Assembly: GCA_002433075.1 (NCBI GenBank)
Contig: DJHM01000047.1
Coordinates: 16,037 to 80,036 of the forward strand
Reading direction: 5' to 3'
Source: Latescibacteria bacterium UBA6620
GTDB lineage: Bacteria; Latescibacterota; UBA2968
Length of the DNA: 64,000 nt
Below, piece after piece: positions 1-10,272 of the stretch. Position numbers and translations under genes: made by a program. The notes under the pieces are model-generated. The model made no database searches, was not told the origin of the DNA, and saw nothing but the letters and a program-made list of their open reading frames with translations. The first letter of the stretch is position 1, and every line of letters begins with the position of its first letter.

Positions 1-939
1 CATCGGGTCGCAGGGGAGATCGAGGTTGGGGACTGAAGCGCCGACGTGCAGCTGGCCGGCGATGCCGAGGGTCGACTCCTGGTCGGTGCCGATGAGACAC
101 TTGATCCCGGCGGATTCGGCGACGGCGTAGATGCGACGGATGTAGGTCGGCCCGCGGTGGACGTTGCAGAGGTTGAAGGCCGTGCACGCGCGCAGCTCGA
201 TTGAGTCGATCGCCTGAGCCAGCGTGCTGGTGTGGAGGCTGACGGGGAGATCCATCCGCTTCGTGAACTCTGCACACACGCGAAGGTTCCGTGACGGCTG
301 TTCGAAGTGGAAGGGGTTGTGATGTCGCAGAACCTGAGCGTACTCGAGTGCGGCGTGCCAGTCGTTGAACCGACCGGAAAAATCGATCTGCTTGAGCCGG
401 ACCTTGTCCCCGAATTTGTCGAAGACGGTCGACAGAAAGCGATTGTCGAGTTCGGCATCGTCCCCTGAGATGTAGAACCGGAAGAGATGATGGCCGTGGT
501 CGACGAGGCGCTCGACGTACCCCACCGTGGTGTCGAAATCTTCCTTGAGCTGCCAGCCCCAGGTCGGATAGCAGCAGTAGATGCGATCGCGAATCTTGCC
601 TCCCATCAGACGGTTTGCAGACACGCCCAGCGTCTTTCCGTTCAGGTCGTAAAGCGCAAGGTCGATGGCGGACACGCAGTGGTTGTTCGAAACCGTACTC
701 CGGAAGTCGTGCCTGCCGAGGTATTCGTTGATTTCCGTGATCTGCGTGGGATCCGTACCGACGAGAAGCTCGTTGTACTGGGCGATGAGCGCGGGGAGAT
801 CTTCGCAACGGCTGTCCGATGCTTCCCCCAGTCCGATGGGGCCGTCATCCACGTGGATTTTGACGATGACGTGACCCGAGACGTGTCCGTAGGCGCGACG
901 CGTTTCGATCTGGTGGCCTTCGACTTTGGTAATTTTCAT
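1..939 (-). CDS. Enolase-superfamily (mandelate racemase/muconate lactonizing enzyme-like) protein. The N-terminal 313 codons are present; the 3' end runs off the window.
   Basis: Reverse-strand translation starts MKITKVEGHQIETRRAYGHVSGHVIVKIHVDDGPIGLGEASD..., a typical MR/MLE N-terminal capping domain. ATG at 937-939 has a GAGG ~8 nt upstream. The frame is open to position 1. Not listed in the ORF track because the stop is outside the window. Confidence 0.75.
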   Translation of the reverse strand, partial: MKITKVEGHQIETRRAYGHVSGHVIVKIHVDDGPIGLGEASDSRCEDLPALIAQYNELLVGTDPTQITEINEYLGRHDFRSTVSNNHCVSAIDLALYDLNGKTLGVSANRLMGGKIRDRIYCCYPTWGWQLKEDFDTTVGYVERLVDHGHHLFRFYISGDDAELDNRFLSTVFDKFGDKVRLKQIDFSGRFNDWHAALEYAQVLRHHNPFHFEQPSRNLRVCAEFTKRMDLPVSLHTSTLAQAIDSIELRACTAFNLCNVHRGPTYIRRIYAVAESAGIKCLIGTDQESTLGIAGQLHVGASVPNLDLPCDPM

Positions 940-1006
940 TCTGACCTCACTTGCTGTGAGCCACAGGTGTCTCCGGTTTAAGAAAGACCGTGCCTGAGCG
1001 CTCTGT

Positions 1007-2218
1007 TTACGGCCAGCGATCGAGTTCGGAGGGCAGGACGATGCAACCGCCCCCATACCAGCCGGCGCCAGCCTCAAGGTGATCAAGATACGCACGGCGC
1101 ATACTCGTGTCGCGTGGAAGGTTCGGGAGGTCGCTCGACTGAAAGATGCGAAGCAGCCCGGACCGACCGCGACCCTTCGTCGATGGGAACAGACGGGATG
1201 CTCGTTGAAAGCGGACGAGATTTGAAGAAGGGGAGAGGTAATCCTGAAACTGCGGATCCAGAAGCCAGGAGCTGCACGCGAACGCCTTGAACGGGCGATC
1301 CGGATACCACGTCGAATAGGCGTCCACGGCCTGTCGGAAAGACGCACCGCATCGGGCGAAGTCCATCGGACCGTCCTCGGGGATGTGAATTTCGAGAATC
1401 GGATCCCCCGGCCCGACGAGGGTTTCCCAATGTGCGACGTCGAACGGAGTCGCATTTTCGATTGCGTGGCCGTTTTCGGTGATGAGGGTGGCCTCCCCGG
1501 CTTCGGGATCCCGGGAAGTAAACTCCGCCGCCTCATCTTCGTTGCAGCCCCACCCCGCTCGATCGAAATCGACGCCGGCCTCGGCCACGACGCGGACGTC
1601 CCCGGTTTCCCGGTGGCGTCTGATCGTGAATGGGGGCCGAAACGGCGCGTGGATGAACTGGAGACGCTCGACTCTGAGGATCTGGCCGATCAGGCTTCTG
1701 GAAATCCACGCCAATCCTCTCGCGTGAAGGCCGACGGGCATCGGATCGAAGGGTCGATGGAACCGATCGTCCGCGGGGATGCCACGCGACGTGTACTCGT
1801 TGATCCATACCCGGATGTCGCGGGCGGTCAGTCGCGAAATCGAATCGGGGATTCCGCGCTTTTTGTGATCCGTACACATCGCAAGGACACCCGAGAGGGC
1901 GACCAGGAGGTAGAAAGGGCCGGACAGATCGCCCAGGGGCTCGATGACGTTCGGGAAGGAGGATCGTAAATCGAAGAGGTCCCGGCGGACGAGCAGGCCT
2001 TCGCGAACGTGGTGGTAGAGGAGGTCGAAATCAACGTCGTCCTGGATCTTTCGTGCGGCTTCAGTGAGGAAGGGAATCAATTCTGGATCTAGGGAAGACC
2101 ATTCGGCCGCGTCAGCGATGACCTCCGCATCGAGGACGACACGCTCATCCTCGTGGAGGCCCCAGCCGGTGGCCAGGGGTGTGCCGGTGAGAGCGGAAAG
2201 ACGGTCGGGTAACGCCAC
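1007..2218 (-). CDS. Conserved hypothetical cytoplasmic protein (403 aa); family not assignable from sequence alone.
   Basis: Long ORF with a TAA stop, tightly packed between the DegT gene (6-nt gap) and the enolase gene on the same strand. No TM segment or signal peptide. Confidence 0.5.
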   Translation of the reverse strand: MALPDRLSALTGTPLATGWGLHEDERVVLDAEVIADAAEWSSLDPELIPFLTEAARKIQDDVDFDLLYHHVREGLLVRRDLFDLRSSFPNVIEPLGDLSGPFYLLVALSGVLAMCTDHKKRGIPDSISRLTARDIRVWINEYTSRGIPADDRFHRPFDPMPVGLHARGLAWISRSLIGQILRVERLQFIHAPFRPPFTIRRHRETGDVRVVAEAGVDFDRAGWGCNEDEAAEFTSRDPEAGEATLITENGHAIENATPFDVAHWETLVGPGDPILEIHIPEDGPMDFARCGASFRQAVDAYSTWYPDRPFKAFACSSWLLDPQFQDYLSPSSNLVRFQRASRLFPSTKGRGRSGLLRIFQSSDLPNLPRDTSMRRAYLDHLEAGAGWYGGGCIVLPSELDRWP

Positions 2219-2224
2219 GGGCGC

Positions 2225-3415
2225 TCAGGTCAGACGAGAAACGACGCGACCGACTGCGGTCACGATGGTCTCGATCTCCGCGTCGGTCATCCCCAGATTG
2301 AGCGGAAACCGAACGATCCGCTCGCGCCAGAGGGCTTCGTTGATCGGGGACAGGCCCGATTCATAGCCGCGGGACGAGTACGTCTCGGTCAGATATACGG
2401 GAGAATTGTGAGAGGGCATATCAATCCCCTCTTTTGCCATCTCGTTGGCGAAAACCCGGACGGGTTCGGGGGCGATGTCTCCGTCGATGGGTTCGGCGAA
2501 GACGGGCTTGCGTGTGTCGAAGACCGCCGGGTCGATGGTCGCCATAAACCAATGGAACACGTGATGTCGGTCCGCAAAAGTTCTGACAGGCCGAATGAAC
2601 GGGTACTCTGCTGGCCCTTCGGTCAAGCGACGGGCAAGATCGCGACGCTCGTCGTTCATTCGGTCCAGCTTGGGGAGCTGCGCCCTCCCGATCGCGGCCC
2701 GAAGCTCGTCCATCCGGAAGTTCTCCCCAATGATGTCGCCTGTACCCCTGACATTGCGGAGCTGGGTCGCCTTCTTCTGCCACGACGAAGGTGCATCCGG
2801 CCCGAGCACGAGCATTCCGCCGTCTCCCGTGGCCATATTCTTCTGCTCCTGGAAGCTGAAGGCCGTGGCGTGGGCAAACTGGGCGATGGTCTGGCCCCGG
2901 TACCTGCCTCCGCAGCACCGGGCGGCATCGAAGATGAAGAAGAGTCCGTGGTCGGCGGCGATGTTGCGAAGACGGTCCATATCGGGAACGTGGCCTTCTA
3001 CGAAGGGGTGATGAGGGCTTCAATGCTGCTTTCGTCGACGTTCAGCGTTTCGGGCTCCGTCTCGGTGAAGCGCACTGTGGCGTCGTGACGTAAGGCGTAG
3101 ATAGCAGTTGCGATGTAGGTAATTGGATTGCTGATGATTTCGTCACCCGGCTTCAGGTCGACCAGCCTGGCGGCGATCGAGAGGGCGTTGCAGGCTACGT
3201 TGAGGGGAAGCGCGAACTCCACACCACAGGACCGGGCGAATTCACGGGCGAATCGGGCGCCCTCTCCGTCGGAAGTGAGCCCGCTTGCGTGGCCGCTTCG
3301 CATCGCGCGGATGACGGCTTCAATTTCCTCGATGCCAAAGCGTGTGGCGAGCGCATTCTGTATGATTTCCACGAGGTCATCCTCAATTCTGGCCTGTTTT
3401 CGGGTTCGGAACATA
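2225..3415 (-). pseudogene. DegT/DnrJ/EryC1/StrS-family PLP-dependent sugar aminotransferase, disrupted by a frame break and short deletion near 2985-3000.
   Basis: N-part (3415..2998) reads MFRTRKQARIEDDLVEIIQNAL...GDEIISNPITYIATA...IEALITPS then TAG. C-part (2980..2225) reads MDRLRNIAADHGLFFIFDAARCCGG...FSFQEQKNMATGDGGMLV, the PLP-lysine SFxxxKN/GxGG region. Total span 1191 nt is not a multiple of 3. Compared with family consensus, ~8 residues between ITP and DMD appear missing. Confidence 0.65.
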
Positions 3416-3457
3416 TACAATGGAACTCCCGCGGAATCCAAACCAGATGGTCGGCTT

Positions 3458-3486
3458 AAAAGTGGCCCCAGGGCCACTTTTGGGAT
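3458..3486. terminator. Bidirectional intrinsic terminator hairpin.
   Basis: The sequence aaaaGTGGCCccagGGCCACtttt has an 8-bp GC stem with an A-run on one side and a T-run on the other. It lies between the O-methyltransferase stop (3604) and the DegT start (3415). Confidence 0.6.
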
Positions 3487-3603
3487 GCGGCCAATCAACT
3501 GACGTCAGCGGCCCGTGAGGAGACCCTATTTGATCCCTACAACCATCGAGTCTGGACCCACCAGGTGTTCGACGCGGGTCTCCCTGAATCCTGCCTCCGC
3601 CAT

Positions 3604-4438
3604 TCACCCGATACAGTTGGCACCCGTGTAGTCGAACCCCCCTTCCTTCTCGATCAGCATATTCAGGCTCATCAGAAGCCCGAACACGTTCCGGGATCGA
3701 TCGTCGTCGATGATCGACTCGTAGACGATGAAGGCTCCGCCGTCAGGGATCGTCTCGAAGGCTCTTCGGATCAGAAGCTTTTTCTCTTCCGGATTCCAGT
3801 CGTGGAGAATGTGGCCCATCATCACGACATCGACCTCTGGCAGGGGATCGTCGAAGAAACTTCCCGCGGCGAAGTTGAGCCTGTCCGCCAGGCCGTTCTT
3901 TCCGACGTAGGAGTCGAAGACGGGGCCCACCTGGGGAAGGTCGAAGCCCAGATCTGTCGGGTGGGGATGAGCGAGGGCGACCTGGACGGCGAGGTCACCC
4001 TGGGCGGTTCCCGCATCGACGAAGGTCTTGTAGTCCGACCACGGAAATTGTGCGGCGATCGCAACGTTCGCGCCACGACTGATGCCCGTTATCGCGGCAA
4101 GGAACTCTTCGAGTTGGGCAGGATCGGCCTAGAGGGCGTCGAAGAACGATTCACCGCCGCCCGCGGATTCATTATAGGGCTCCCCCGTTCGTAACGCGTC
4201 TGTAAGGTGATTCCGGTGGTCGAAGAGTCGCTGGTTGGCCATCTCCAGGATTTCACCGATGTAGGACGGCTTTTGCTTGTCGAGGAAAAGGTCCGACTCG
4301 ACCCGTCAGAGCTTCGAGGTCTCCGGGCTCCTTGCCTAGCTCTGTGAAGAGTTCCAACTCGACTGCGCTCAGGAGCGTCTTGGATCCCCAGAATCCGAGG
4401 CCTACCTGCATAATGAGGTCGGGTGTGAGCTGTGACAT
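3604..4438 (-). pseudogene. Class I SAM-dependent O-methyltransferase (family 2, dimerisation domain plus MTase), disrupted by an in-frame TAG (4129-4131), a frame break near 4255-4275 and a probable ~35-aa internal deletion.
   Basis: N-part [50 protein letters not shown]. Middle part, in another frame: [24 protein letters not shown]...[58 protein letters not shown]...[17 protein letters not shown]-part [58 protein letters not shown], the SAM-MTase post-I region. Total 278 aa versus ~340 expected. Confidence 0.7.
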
Positions 4439-4480
4439 CGAGCCATCCTTTCTTGAAGTGTTTTCCCGGCCCGTATGGGT

Positions 4481-6340
4481 TTATCTCAAATCCCGTATGT
4501 ATTTGGAGGCGTAGGAACGGACTTCGTGTCCGTTCAAGACGTGAAACTGACGGAGTCGACCGATCGTTTGCAGGCTGAATCTGTTGAGAGGGATGTAGAC
4601 GAGCTGCTTTTTGCAGCTCCGGGCGAGTCTGCGCCATCTTCCCTCTGGCGGGGTAGCCGATATCAGGGCGATTCGGCGCTCTCGCGAATGGAACGCGGCC
4701 CCGAGGATGAGGCGTTCTTCGAGCGACTGCGCTTCACTCAGGCGATCGTCTTTCCAGACGTCGGGGATCGGGCGAGGCGGGAACATCAGAAAGCACCCTC
4801 CGTAAACGGCCTGGGCGATCCCCGGGCCGATTACGTTTTCGCTGAATTGGGTCGCATAGAAGCAAAGAGTCGATTCTTCCTGGTGTTCGGCGTACCAGGT
4901 CGTTTGCCACGCATAGCGGTTCGGATCGGCTGGGGTGTCGAACAGGAAAACAACCACCTCGATCGTACCTCGGGCCGGGGGGAGTTCCTTGACGTAGATG
5001 TCCCCGGTATGCCAGTTCCTCAGTGTCTCCCGGATGTCTAGGCCATCCTTGAGTGAACTGGTGAATTTCTCTGTTCGGGCAAGGTCTTCCCCGATCAGGA
5101 GTCGAGCCTGTTCCCGGACGTGCGCGTTGAAGCTCTCGATCCGGTCGTCCTCCGGAGGGTAGGAGCATTGGCGAAAAGGATCCCACCTCGTTTGCCAGTC
5201 CCACTGTTTTTCGGGAGGGGGCGAAGGCTTCAACGGGAGCTCGCGCCAAAGTCGCTCGGTGCCGAGCAGACGATTCTTCGTGTCTGCATCGTTGCTGAGC
5301 CCTGCGGGGCCCAGGGATTCGAACACGCCGAGATCAATCCCGAGTGTCACATCGGGATGGGGTGACGTCAGCTGGCCGGGATATGCTCGAGCGGTTTCGA
5401 TGATGGTTACGGCAAAGTCGTCCCCTCCGATCTGCTTGGCTGCCAGGGCGACAGTGTAGAGATCAGGGGACATTCGGCTGTCGAGCAAGGTGAGGTTGCG
5501 GATGTAGCGGAGCATCAAGGAAAGGGTCTGTGGCGTGAGCCAATGGTTTGAAAGACCGTGCTTTTCAATCCAGGCAGTCCTCGATTCGAGGATGAGGGAC
5601 TTGATCCCATCGACGCCGAGGGTTTCGTCGGGCAACATCTCCGCGCGTCGATGCTCGTAGAGATGGGTGATGAACGGGAGTTCCCCGAGAGCGAAGTAGA
5701 GAGACCGTGGCGTTACGGAGAAGATCTCGGGTGCCCACACCGGGCCGTCGGGCTCGGGGGGCTCGAGTCTCTGACGGTAGGCGTCCCGAAGCCAGGGCCA
5801 GTCCTGGATGGCGCATACCATCAGGACACGTTCGTAATCCAGCTCCAGGAGATGGAGCTGGTGGGCCATCCACCGGATTCGGGCCTCGCGCTGGCTGTCG
5901 GGTTCGGGTGGGGGGAGGGCGGGGACGAGTGCGGCGGCAAAGCGCTCGAGAGGTACTTCCTTCAAGGCGAAAGGATCCGGGTGTACGAGCGTGTCCTGCT
6001 CGAAGTTGCCTACCTCGAGATCGACGAAGGCTGTGTCGATTTTCAGGAGTTCGGCTTCGCGGAGGGCCGCGATGACAGGCTGGCAAGGGTCGATCGGAAC
6101 GAGCGTGTAGGCCGAAGGGTCCTCAGAGATATCCCCCTCACGTTGGGCCACGACGTGGATGCGTGGGAGCAGGTCGACCGCCTCAAGTACGGCTTCTTCG
6201 AAGACGGCGGGCAGGGGGACGGCTACGCAGTCGAAATTTCCGGCGTGGATCCGACGACGGACCTCCAGGGCGAAATCCCCGCTGCCGTGGAGGATGGGAA
6301 GCAGGCTGATTCGATCGCTGAGGTGAAGGATGTCGGTCAA
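4481..6340 (-). CDS. Large conserved hypothetical protein (619 aa), partner of the upstream MoxR-like ATPase. The N-terminus is weakly TraB/PrgY/GumN-like ([15 protein letters not shown]....FDCVAVPLP). No MIDAS/VWA motif.
   Basis: Start overlaps the ATPase stop by 4 nt (ATGA), indicating translational coupling. Intact 619-codon frame with TAA stop. No DxSxS motif was found. Confidence 0.6.
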   Translation of the reverse strand: MTDILHLSDRISLLPILHGSGDFALEVRRRIHAGNFDCVAVPLPAVFEEAVLEAVDLLPRIHVVAQREGDISEDPSAYTLVPIDPCQPVIAALREAELLKIDTAFVDLEVGNFEQDTLVHPDPFALKEVPLERFAAALVPALPPPEPDSQREARIRWMAHQLHLLELDYERVLMVCAIQDWPWLRDAYRQRLEPPEPDGPVWAPEIFSVTPRSLYFALGELPFITHLYEHRRAEMLPDETLGVDGIKSLILESRTAWIEKHGLSNHWLTPQTLSLMLRYIRNLTLLDSRMSPDLYTVALAAKQIGGDDFAVTIIETARAYPGQLTSPHPDVTLGIDLGVFESLGPAGLSNDADTKNRLLGTERLWRELPLKPSPPPEKQWDWQTRWDPFRQCSYPPEDDRIESFNAHVREQARLLIGEDLARTEKFTSSLKDGLDIRETLRNWHTGDIYVKELPPARGTIEVVVFLFDTPADPNRYAWQTTWYAEHQEESTLCFYATQFSENVIGPGIAQAVYGGCFLMFPPRPIPDVWKDDRLSEAQSLEERLILGAAFHSRERRIALISATPPEGRWRRLARSCKKQLVYIPLNRFSLQTIGRLRQFHVLNGHEVRSYASKYIRDLR

Positions 6341-7293
6341 TTGTCCGAGTCGGGTCGGTTGGAATCGTCAGGGCCGAAAAAGAAGTCGCTGAGGTCGACG
6401 CCCGGAATCTCACCGCCGAGCGCACGCTTTCGCTGCTCAGCCAGCTTGTCGAGGTCGCGGGCTTCCTCACCCAGGACACGTTCGAGCGATTCGTGCCAGG
6501 CCGCGTCGCGCGAAAGGGGATGCTCGGAATCCTGCGCGAGTCGCTTGAGGGCATACTGAAGGATGTGGATGCCGTCCCGGGGAGAATACTCGAGGTTCAG
6601 GTCGTGCGCCCGTTGGAGGAAGTCGACGGTCAGGTCGAGCATTTCCGCCTCGGCGAAAGGAAGATGGTATTTGAGGATGGCGAGTTCATCCTGTCGATTC
6701 GGATACCCGACGGCGAGCGTCGGCTGCAGCCGGGAGAGAATGTAGTCGGGGATCTCATACGTCGATTCATCGTCGTTCATCGTCACGCAGCACCTGAAAT
6801 CGGGGCTCGCGTCGATGGTGATGCCGGCAACTACGCTTTCGACGTACCGTCGGTGGTCGAGGAGCGGTGCGAGAGAAGCCCAGCTCTTCTCGTTCATCCG
6901 GTTGCCCTCGTCGAGGATGCAGATGCTGCCGTTGAGCATCGCGGTGACGAGGGGAGAGGCGTGGTATGCGATCTTGCCCGACTCTACCAGCACGGGCGTG
7001 ACGAGAAGGTCCTCCGGACGCGTGTCGCTCGTGCACTGATAGATGTAGAGGGGCTGCGACCGTTCCCTTGCACCCGCCATCGCCAGTGTGGTCTTGCCGA
7101 TCCCCGGCGGGCCGATGAGGCGGGGTGAGAGGGCGAGATCCTGCTCGTGCACGGTCAGCCAGCACGCCTGTAGCTGACGGAGAACGTCCTTCTGACCGAT
7201 CCACTCTTCGTGCTTTTCGACAGCGGGCGAAAGATGAAGCTCAATGTCGTCTACGACGACCGTTCTGGGCTGATCTGCCATTCCTTTTCCCAT
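6337..7293 (-). CDS. MoxR-like AAA+ ATPase (AAA_5/CbbQ-NorQ-like).
   Basis: Walker [14 protein letters not shown], Walker B and sensor [27 protein letters not shown], 318 aa, TGA stop. Confidence 0.85.
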   Translation of the reverse strand: MGKGMADQPRTVVVDDIELHLSPAVEKHEEWIGQKDVLRQLQACWLTVHEQDLALSPRLIGPPGIGKTTLAMAGARERSQPLYIYQCTSDTRPEDLLVTPVLVESGKIAYHASPLVTAMLNGSICILDEGNRMNEKSWASLAPLLDHRRYVESVVAGITIDASPDFRCCVTMNDDESTYEIPDYILSRLQPTLAVGYPNRQDELAILKYHLPFAEAEMLDLTVDFLQRAHDLNLEYSPRDGIHILQYALKRLAQDSEHPLSRDAAWHESLERVLGEEARDLDKLAEQRKRALGGEIPGVDLSDFFFGPDDSNRPDSDN

Positions 7294-7468
7294 CCTTAAC
7301 GCCGTTTATATACACTACTTAACCGCGCTGGAATATAACCGGACAGATGCGCGTCGTCCAGACGGCATATGGTGCAGGGCCGGATGTCGAGGGGCTCTCC
7401 GTTTGCGGCAAGGGGCAGTTTAGCGGACATTGTGAGTCCCCCTCCGACGTTTCGTAAAGGACGGAGCA

Positions 7469-10105
7469 ATGATCTCGATGATGGCCATTCTGCTATCTGT
7501 GCTTCTTTCGCCTTCCGACGGCTGGTCGCTTTCAAAGAGCCAGCAACAATTCGCGGAACGGTATCTTCGCCAGAACGATCCGCAGGTCGAGCGTCGGTTC
7601 AAGAAAACCAAACGATCGCGGAAAGCGGCCTTTCTGGAACGCTACTGGTCGGACCGCCTTGCCCCTCTCGGTCTGTTCTATTACGGTCACGTCGCTGGCC
7701 GAACCCACCTGAACGTCTCACAGACTTTTTTCAACGACGAACGTGCGATGCCCAGCGATTACTGGGTTCTTTCGGCGCCACCCGATTCCATTGAATTTCG
7801 GGAGACAGCGGAGATGCTGGAGCTCGCGCTGGAGGATGCACCACGTGATGCGGCGGCCTGGCTGGCTCTGGGCTACGTCCGTCTGGAGCAGCACCTGTAT
7901 CCTGAGGCGGAAGCCAGCCTGATGTCGGCGATGCGAATTCAGAAGCAGTGGCCGGCCGTTCATCACGGTATGGGGCTGGCGAAGATGAAGTTCAAGGGCA
8001 AGCGACGACAGGCTCGCGACCATTTTCGCCATGCGATCGCGCTCGATCGGGATTACGAGGAAGCCACCTACAACCTGGCCCAGTGTCACCTGGCGATGAG
8101 TACGAACGACCTGGACTATCAGCTGGGGAAGGTGACGAAGCGGTTTCCGGACCACGGGGATGCCTACTTCAAACGTGGCGTCTGGTTCGAGAGACGGGGC
8201 GAGCTGGACGGCCAGTATCTGGACGTGGCTCGCGATGCCTACACCGCACAACTGTCGGTTGCACCGGGCCACAATGCCGCCCGTGTCAGGCTGGCTGGCG
8301 TGGAATTGGGGTTGGGGAACGCCGTTCGCGCGGTCTCGTTATGTCGGTTGATCCTGGATCAGGCGCCCGAATATCGCGTTCAGGCTCTCTCGACGCTTCT
8401 GACCGGCTACCAGGAGCTCGGCGAGATCGCGAAGGCGGATTCGATCGGGGCGCTCTACGTCGACCGACTCGATCCGGATACGCGGGCCCTGTTCCTCGAC
8501 GTCACCCGGGTGGCATCGCTGAAGGAGAACCGGATCTACGAACGTCTACCGGTCGAAGAGCGGGACGCTTTCGTGACCGCTTTCTGGCAGCGACACGATC
8601 CAACCCCGGGATCACCGGGGAACGCGAAGCGAGTCGAGCACTATCGGCGTGTAGGGTATGCGCTCACCTACTACTCTGAATTCGCGGACCCGTGGGATCA
8701 ACGGGGCGAGGTGTATATCCGGTATGGAGAACCTGCCCATAAGAGTCGATCGGGGAATATGCGATTCGAAACCGATCCCCGGGTCGTGCGGGTAAAGGAC
8801 CGACTGTTCGCGACCCTGAACGAAGACGAAAAGCGCGAGATCTACTCGTTACATCGAAGGATTCGGTCTTCGACGCGGGACCCGCAGTATCATCCCGTCG
8901 CGGGCGGCGACATTCAGCAGCGTGATCGGGTCGAGGTCTTCGACTTCGAGAACGCGGAGTTCGAGCCCGACCAGCTGGGATCCCGAATGGGTCGGGGTGT
9001 TCAGGATCAGCCGGGAGGCCGCTACAGTCGAAGCAACTTCGTGGCCGCGACGGACCGTACCGGGATTCCCGAGATTCGGGGTGCTCCGTTGTTTCCGATC
9101 GAAAGCGGAAGACCGTGGGAGTACTGGATCTACCCCGACGTGATGGACGGGGTCGAGATCGTGTATATGGCGATGTATAGTGGAGGGCCGTATGAGTTCG
9201 CGACCCCACCAGGGTCGGGTCGGGCGATCTCACAACACAATGCGACAGGATGGCAACTCCGGCGGTCTGACAACGTGGTTGCGAGTGCGGTCAAGCGGCA
9301 ACCCTCGCTGCTCCGTCTGCATCGCCGGCCCCTGCCCTTCCTGTTCGACACCGCGACGTTTCGTGAGACGGACGACACGACGCGTGTGGAAATCTACTTT
9401 GGCGTGCCGTTGCGGAATCAGGGCGGCGTTGAAGGGCTCGAAGCCAGCGCCGTGGTGTTCGACTCCAGATGGAACACACTCGGCGAAGTCGCCGCCCCCG
9501 TTCAAGCTGCTGAGGGCGACACGCTTGGCGTGGCAGAAGTAAACGTTGCACTCCCCGCTGATGGGGAATTCATTCTGGCCCTCCAGGCGACAAACCTTCG
9601 AACCCGGGCGTCCACGGCGGTGAAGTCGGCGCTTCCCGTCCTGGGTTATGGGCCGGATTCACTCCGGATGAGCGATCTGGAGTTTGCTGCGGGGGTGGAT
9701 TTCGACGCGGGGGCGGAGCATAAGAACGGAATGCGTGTATATCCCAGACCCGGCCGCATCTACGGCCCCGGCGAGTCAGTGAAGCTGTACTACGAAATTT
9801 ATGGATTGACGAGAGATGAGTTCGGTCAGGACACCTACCGGGTCGACTACACGGTGGAACCCGTGGATGGGGGGAACCTTGCCACGAAGGTCGTGGGGGG
9901 GATCGCACGAATCATCGGTGATGGTAAAGAGGTGGTCGAGCTTTCCTACGAACGTACGGGGACGGCCGATGTCGAGCACGAGACCGTAGAGATCGATGTC
10001 ACCGGCAGCGAGCCCGGGATGTATCGGATCCGGGTAACCGTAACGGACACACATAGTGCGTCCCGTTTCGAGCGGGAGCAGACGTTTGTCATCACCAAAG
10101 GGTAG
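7469..10105 (+). CDS. Secreted TPR-repeat protein with a GWxTD-like domain (878 aa).
   Basis: N-terminal signal peptide MISMMAILLSVLLSPS. TPR-like repeats at residues 130-330. The stretch FWQRHDPTPGSPGNAKRVEHYRRVGYALTYYSEFADPWDQRGEVYIRYGEPAHK matches the GWxTD-domain pattern (FW..DP ... W.(T)DRG.VYI.YG.P) with a degenerate motif. TAG stop. Confidence 0.65.
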   Translation: MISMMAILLSVLLSPSDGWSLSKSQQQFAERYLRQNDPQVERRFKKTKRSRKAAFLERYWSDRLAPLGLFYYGHVAGRTHLNVSQTFFNDERAMPSDYWVLSAPPDSIEFRETAEMLELALEDAPRDAAAWLALGYVRLEQHLYPEAEASLMSAMRIQKQWPAVHHGMGLAKMKFKGKRRQARDHFRHAIALDRDYEEATYNLAQCHLAMSTNDLDYQLGKVTKRFPDHGDAYFKRGVWFERRGELDGQYLDVARDAYTAQLSVAPGHNAARVRLAGVELGLGNAVRAVSLCRLILDQAPEYRVQALSTLLTGYQELGEIAKADSIGALYVDRLDPDTRALFLDVTRVASLKENRIYERLPVEERDAFVTAFWQRHDPTPGSPGNAKRVEHYRRVGYALTYYSEFADPWDQRGEVYIRYGEPAHKSRSGNMRFETDPRVVRVKDRLFATLNEDEKREIYSLHRRIRSSTRDPQYHPVAGGDIQQRDRVEVFDFENAEFEPDQLGSRMGRGVQDQPGGRYSRSNFVAATDRTGIPEIRGAPLFPIESGRPWEYWIYPDVMDGVEIVYMAMYSGGPYEFATPPGSGRAISQHNATGWQLRRSDNVVASAVKRQPSLLRLHRRPLPFLFDTATFRETDDTTRVEIYFGVPLRNQGGVEGLEASAVVFDSRWNTLGEVAAPVQAAEGDTLGVAEVNVALPADGEFILALQATNLRTRASTAVKSALPVLGYGPDSLRMSDLEFAAGVDFDAGAEHKNGMRVYPRPGRIYGPGESVKLYYEIYGLTRDEFGQDTYRVDYTVEPVDGGNLATKVVGGIARIIGDGKEVVELSYERTGTADVEHETVEIDVTGSEPGMYRIRVTVTDTHSASRFEREQTFVITKG

Positions 10106-10197
10106 TGGGCGCCTGATTCGTCCTGTTGTCGCTGGTGTTCGATCTCCTGGGATCCCCTAACGCCGCTGTACTGACGACTTTTCTCCTCACGGCGACG

Positions 10198-10226
10198 TTG
10201 ACGCTACGTGACCGAATCGCTATCTT
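10198..10226 (+). promoter_or_regulatory. Putative sigma70-type promoter for the lipoprotein gene.
   Basis: TTGACG, 17-bp spacer, TATCTT; 47 bp upstream of the start at 10273. Confidence 0.35.
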
Positions 10227-10272
10227 AACGGCCGCAAATCGTATCGATTGCCGAGAATGTTCTGGAGGTTTT

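Noticed and set aside
3565-4194. 209-aa ORF on the + strand
   Set aside because: Antisense to the O-methyltransferase remnant, with no homology-like features. Long spurious antisense ORFs are expected at ~60% GC.
4481-6340. Assigning the 619-aa protein as a VWA/MIDAS partner (CbbO/NorD/ViaA-like) of the AAA+ ATPase
   Set aside because: No DxSxS MIDAS motif, and the candidate beta-strand [10 protein letters not shown] lacks the serines. Left unassigned.
5558-6559. 333-aa ORF on the + strand (also 5565..6086 minus)
   Set aside because: Lies inside and antisense to, or out of frame with, the 619-aa AAA-partner gene. Arg/Pro/Gly-rich low-complexity translation.
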